Shown here: positions 61,070 to 64,000 of the stretch, in pieces
Position numbering within the stretch: the first letter of the stretch is position 1
Layout: each line of letters begins with the position of its first letter
Assembly (NCBI GenBank): GCA_963805945.1
Contig: CAWDVP010000002.1
Coordinates: 64,001-128,000 of the forward strand
DNA length: 64,000 nt
Reading direction: 5' to 3'
DNA from: Vulcanimicrobiota bacterium
GTDB taxonomy: Bacteria; Vulcanimicrobiota; Vulcanimicrobiia; Eremiobacterales; Eremiobacteraceae
The notes under the pieces: model-generated
Databases searched by the model: none
Seen by the model: the letters and a program-made list of their open reading frames with translations, nothing else
What the model was told of the DNA's origin: nothing
Made by a program: the position numbers and the translations under genes

Positions 61070-61116
61070 GCGGCGCGCTTGCGATCAAGCGCGCTGTATC
61101 TTCTGCCAGCCCGCGG

Positions 61117-62049
61117 TCAGGGCGTCGTCGACACCCAGAACCGGTTGCTCCCGTAACACGCCGAACCTTGGCAGACGTTGCCGGCGGTCACGAAGAGCGT
61201 GCCCTCATACGTGACCGCGCTCGCATTCGGCCGCACCGTGGGTAGCGCCATGCGCTGCGACCAGGTCCCTGACGCGATATCAAACGCCTCGACCGCGGAA
61301 TACATGACGCGATTGGTGCTTCCGCCGAGAATATAGATCTTGCCGTTGAGCAGCCCCGCGCCCGCCAGCATCCGCGGCGTAGGCAGTTTCGCCAGCTCCT
61401 GCCAGGTGTTGGTCGCAGGATTGTACGCCTCGTTCTTCCCGGAAGGATTCATCTTGTTCGAGTTCCATCCGCCGATCGCGTAGATCATGCCCCCGGTAGG
61501 ATCCGCGACAAATGCAAGGCTGCCGCGCGACGTCGGCATGGCGGCGGCCGAGTGCCAGGCGTTCGTCGCGGGGTCAAGCACTTCCAAGTCATTGAGATCG
61601 ACGAGCGTCGCGCCTTGATATCCCCTGCCGCCCACGAGATAGATCTTGCCGTTGAGCACTGCAGCGCCGCCGAACTGGCGAGGCGACGGCAGCGACGGGC
61701 CGGCCGACCACGTGCCTGCGGTCGTGTCGTAGATCGAGACGTCGCCGGTGGTCTTCGGGCCGGATGTGCCGCCGATGACGTACAGCTTGGTGCCGAGCGC
61801 GACGATCGGCCCGAACTGGTTGTTGGGGATGACCTTGCCGTCGGACCACGTGTTGTTCGATATGTCATAGATGTGCAGCTTATAGGGGTCGCCGATCAGA
61901 TAGATCTTGTGCCCGACCCTGGCCGCGCTCATCGCATAGCGGGTCCAGCTCATAGTCGAGGTCTCTTGCCAGCCGGAGGCGGCCAGCGCCGGTGCGGCGA
62001 TCTGCGCGAGCATGGCGGCGGCGAACAACGTGGTGGCGAGCTTTCTCAT
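61117..62049 (-). CDS. Secreted Kelch-repeat beta-propeller protein
   Basis: GGAGGT RBS; signal peptide; six KIY.IGG...Y(D/N)P....W....P.PR repeats. Confidence 0.9.
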   Translation of the reverse strand: MRKLATTLFAAAMLAQIAAPALAASGWQETSTMSWTRYAMSAARVGHKIYLIGDPYKLHIYDISNNTWSDGKVIPNNQFGPIVALGTKLYVIGGTSGPKTTGDVSIYDTTAGTWSAGPSLPSPRQFGGAAVLNGKIYLVGGRGYQGATLVDLNDLEVLDPATNAWHSAAAMPTSRGSLAFVADPTGGMIYAIGGWNSNKMNPSGKNEAYNPATNTWQELAKLPTPRMLAGAGLLNGKIYILGGSTNRVMYSAVEAFDIASGTWSQRMALPTVRPNASAVTYEGTLFVTAGNVCQGSACYGSNRFWVSTTP

Positions 62050-62175
62050 GACTACCTCCAAGAGATGCGAGGCTCCGGACGTCCACCGGAGTTCGACGCG
62101 TGTGCTTCTTATGGAAACGCGGCAACCCCTTGATGCGAAGACCGCGCAGCTGCGTTGCAGCCGCGCGGTCTGTGG

Positions 62176-62222
62176 TGGTACCCTTCAGGGATTTCGAATC
62201 CCTGTCGCCACCTTAAAAGGGC
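62176..62222 (-). repeat. Direct repeat of the tRNA-Glu 3' half (att-like site)
   Basis: GCCCTTTTAAGGTGGCGACAGGGATTCGAAATCCCTGAAGGGTACCA versus tRNA-Glu GCCCTTTCAAGGCGGCGACAGGGATTCGAATTCCCTTGGGGGTA. Confidence 0.85.
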
Positions 62223-62285
62223 TCGGCGGCCTTGTGGTTAGGACGTTCCAGCGGCCCAAGGTGGGGTTTGGGTAAGTTCCATGAT

Positions 62286-62816
62286 TCATAAAGGCAGCCA
62301 CGAGCAGACGGGCTCGGTTACGCGAGTAAGAAACATGGTCCAATCCCAGAGTCCCCCGCCCCGCCTCATCAACACCCCCATTGACCGCCAACCCGATCTC
62401 GGATTTGATTCGTCTATAATCGCAATTTCTTTTATTTCTAGAGCCGACATCTTCATAAAATGTGCGCGGTGCGCATCCAACGGGATACGGAGGTCGTCAA
62501 AATATGCGATAACACCTCCATACACGTCTAGGACATTGCGGGGCGGCTGCCCGGGAATGTAAGATGCAAAACTGAAATGATCGCCCAGCGTGTCACTTTG
62601 TAGTGGAATGCTAGCGACAACATGTCCAATCACGTCGCTTCTCACAAACTTGTGGCCGCAGTACGAGGCAACCCTAGTCGGCTGCGGCGTCGCTCGCCGC
62701 AACGGGTAGTAGTCGGCTATGCCCATCAAGAAGTGCACCAGAAATGCCGTAAGCAATATGATCGCGACTACGGCGAAAAGGCCAAGAATCCGGATGTTGG
62801 CCTTCATCCATGCCAT
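62286..62816 (-). CDS. Hypothetical membrane-anchored protein in the tRNA-Glu islet
   Basis: N-terminal TM (ILGLFAVVAIILLTAFLVHFL); low GC. Confidence 0.5.
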   Translation of the reverse strand: MAWMKANIRILGLFAVVAIILLTAFLVHFLMGIADYYPLRRATPQPTRVASYCGHKFVRSDVIGHVVASIPLQSDTLGDHFSFASYIPGQPPRNVLDVYGGVIAYFDDLRIPLDAHRAHFMKMSALEIKEIAIIDESNPRSGWRSMGVLMRRGGGLWDWTMFLTRVTEPVCSWLPL

Positions 62817-62980
62817 TGGATAGCATTCCCTCGCGATTGGGTAAGAGTCTCTCCCGACTTTCGCCCCACCGACCCCACCTCTTTCGCGGTCAATGAGCCT
62901 CAAAGGCGGACAATGGCGGACAGAAAAAAGCTGGGGCCGGGCGTCAGTGAAAACGCGCCGACCCTTTTGCGGCAAGGTTT

Positions 62981-63053
62981 TACCCCCAAGGGAATTCGAA
63001 TCCCTGTCGCCGCCTTGAAAGGGCGGTGTCCTAGGCCTCTAGACGATGGGGGC
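62981..63053 (-). tRNA. tRNA-Glu(TTC)
   Basis: GCCCCCATCGTCTAGAGGCCTAGGAC...CT TTC AA...GATTCGAATTC...GGGGGTA. Confidence 0.95.
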
Positions 63054-63069
63054 ACGATCCGCGATGCAT

Positions 63070-63143
63070 TGGGCCCGGCAGGACTTGAACCTGCGACCAA
63101 CCGGTTATGAGCCGGCCGCTCTGACCAACTGAGCTACAGGCCC
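63070..63143 (-). tRNA. tRNA with CAT anticodon, most likely tRNA-Ile2 (lysidine)
   Basis: GGGCCTGTAGCTCAGTTGGTCAGAGC...CT CAT AA...GGTTCAAGTCC...GGGCCCA; G1-C72 paired and an Ile-type acceptor stem. Confidence 0.9.
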
Positions 63144-63167
63144 AAGGGTCGCCCGCCGCACCCCCAT

Positions 63168-63197
63168 AGTATATAGAAGAGGCGCGCGCACAGTCAA
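63168..63197 (-). promoter_or_regulatory. sigma70-type promoter for the tRNA pair
   Basis: TTGACT-N18-TATACT upstream of tRNA-Ile2. Confidence 0.6.
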
Positions 63198-63271
63198 CCG
63201 CCAGACGGACATCGCGCGCATTATTATGTGAAGGTCGGCCGCCACGTCGAGCGCGAACGCGGCCTTCCGAT

Positions 63272-64000
63272 ATGAGCGCGGCGAAAGCGACGGTCGCAGA
63301 GCACCACGAACTGCGCCGCGCCGTCTCCATTTGGGGATCGTACTCGTGGGGCTACGCCGACGTCGGCGCCGACATCTACGTCGCGCTCGGCTTGGTCGTC
63401 GGCGCCGCGATGGGCGCCGCCAACATCGCGTTCGCCTTCGCCGGGCTCATCTACGTCGCCATCGGGCTCGCGTACACCGAGCTCGCCTCCGCCTATCCCG
63501 TCGCCGGCGGCGGCCAGTTCTTCGTCACGCGCGCGCTCGGCGATTTCATGGGCTTCGTCGCCGGCTGGGCGGTGCTGCTCGACTTCACCATCGACATCAG
63601 CCTGTTCGCCTGGTTCACCATCGGCTACCTGAGCGTGGTGATCCCGTGGCTGTCCTCGCATCACGGCTGGTACTTCGTATGCGTGCTCGCGGTGACGATC
63701 TTCCTCACCGTGCTCAACGTCATCGGGGTGCGGCAATCGTCGCGCATCAACGAGGTGATCGCCGGCGTCGACGTCGTCAACGAGACGCTCATCCTCATGG
63801 CCGGCTTCGCGTTCGCGTGGCATCCGGCCATCCTCATCCATGCGATGCAGTTCCATTGGCCGACCACCGGCAATCTGCTGCTCGGCGCATCGCTCGCGAT
63901 CATCTCGTTCGTCGGTCTCGAGAGCATCTCGCAGGCGGCCGAGGAGACGTACCGGCCGTCCAGCGTCGTGCCGCGGACCTCCATCGCGCTCATCCTCACC
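63272..64000 (+). CDS. APC-family permease (runs off the window end)
   Basis: ATG 63272: MSAAKATVAEHHELRRAVSIWGSYSWGYADVGADIYVALG...YTELAS.YP.AGG...FVGLESISQAAEE. Confidence 0.88.
   Translation, partial: MSAAKATVAEHHELRRAVSIWGSYSWGYADVGADIYVALGLVVGAAMGAANIAFAFAGLIYVAIGLAYTELASAYPVAGGGQFFVTRALGDFMGFVAGWAVLLDFTIDISLFAWFTIGYLSVVIPWLSSHHGWYFVCVLAVTIFLTVLNVIGVRQSSRINEVIAGVDVVNETLILMAGFAFAWHPAILIHAMQFHWPTTGNLLLGASLAIISFVGLESISQAAEETYRPSSVVPRTSIALILT

Overview
GC-rich bacterial chromosome segment. It combines Firmicutes-like gene order (mfd-prsA-yabN-yabO; whiA-gap-pgk-tpiA-gpmI; lspA-rluD-tgt-yggS-sepF-divIVA; csaB/DUF5693) with outer-membrane genes (LptD-like protein, TonB-dependent receptor). 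This suggests a diderm Terrabacterium, plausibly Eremiobacterota/Vulcanimicrobiota (inference). Contents: tandem secreted paralogs and an envelope operon (1-8.5 kb), housekeeping blocks, two adjacent toxin-antitoxin pairs, a four-gene flagellar rod/sigma28 cluster, a type-2 IleRS, a ~15.5 kb PucR-centred polyamine/GABA utilisation locus with a TonB receptor and a Tat-exported flavin amine oxidase, three tRNA genes with small integrated islets, and a truncated APC permease. Most notable observations: (i) a G(T/G)AG-tailed REP hairpin family that appears domesticated in several ways: an in-frame inverted doublet inside rluD, the first codons of a signal peptide, a terminator, and spacers of the polyamine operon; (ii) a circularly permuted CcdA; (iii) a probable AUU start for putrescine aminotransferase; (iv) a GVHH-motif IleRS. 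Several genes carry single-base indels (very dense in the TonB receptor) that look like long-read consensus errors. All calls are by eye; no database search was run.
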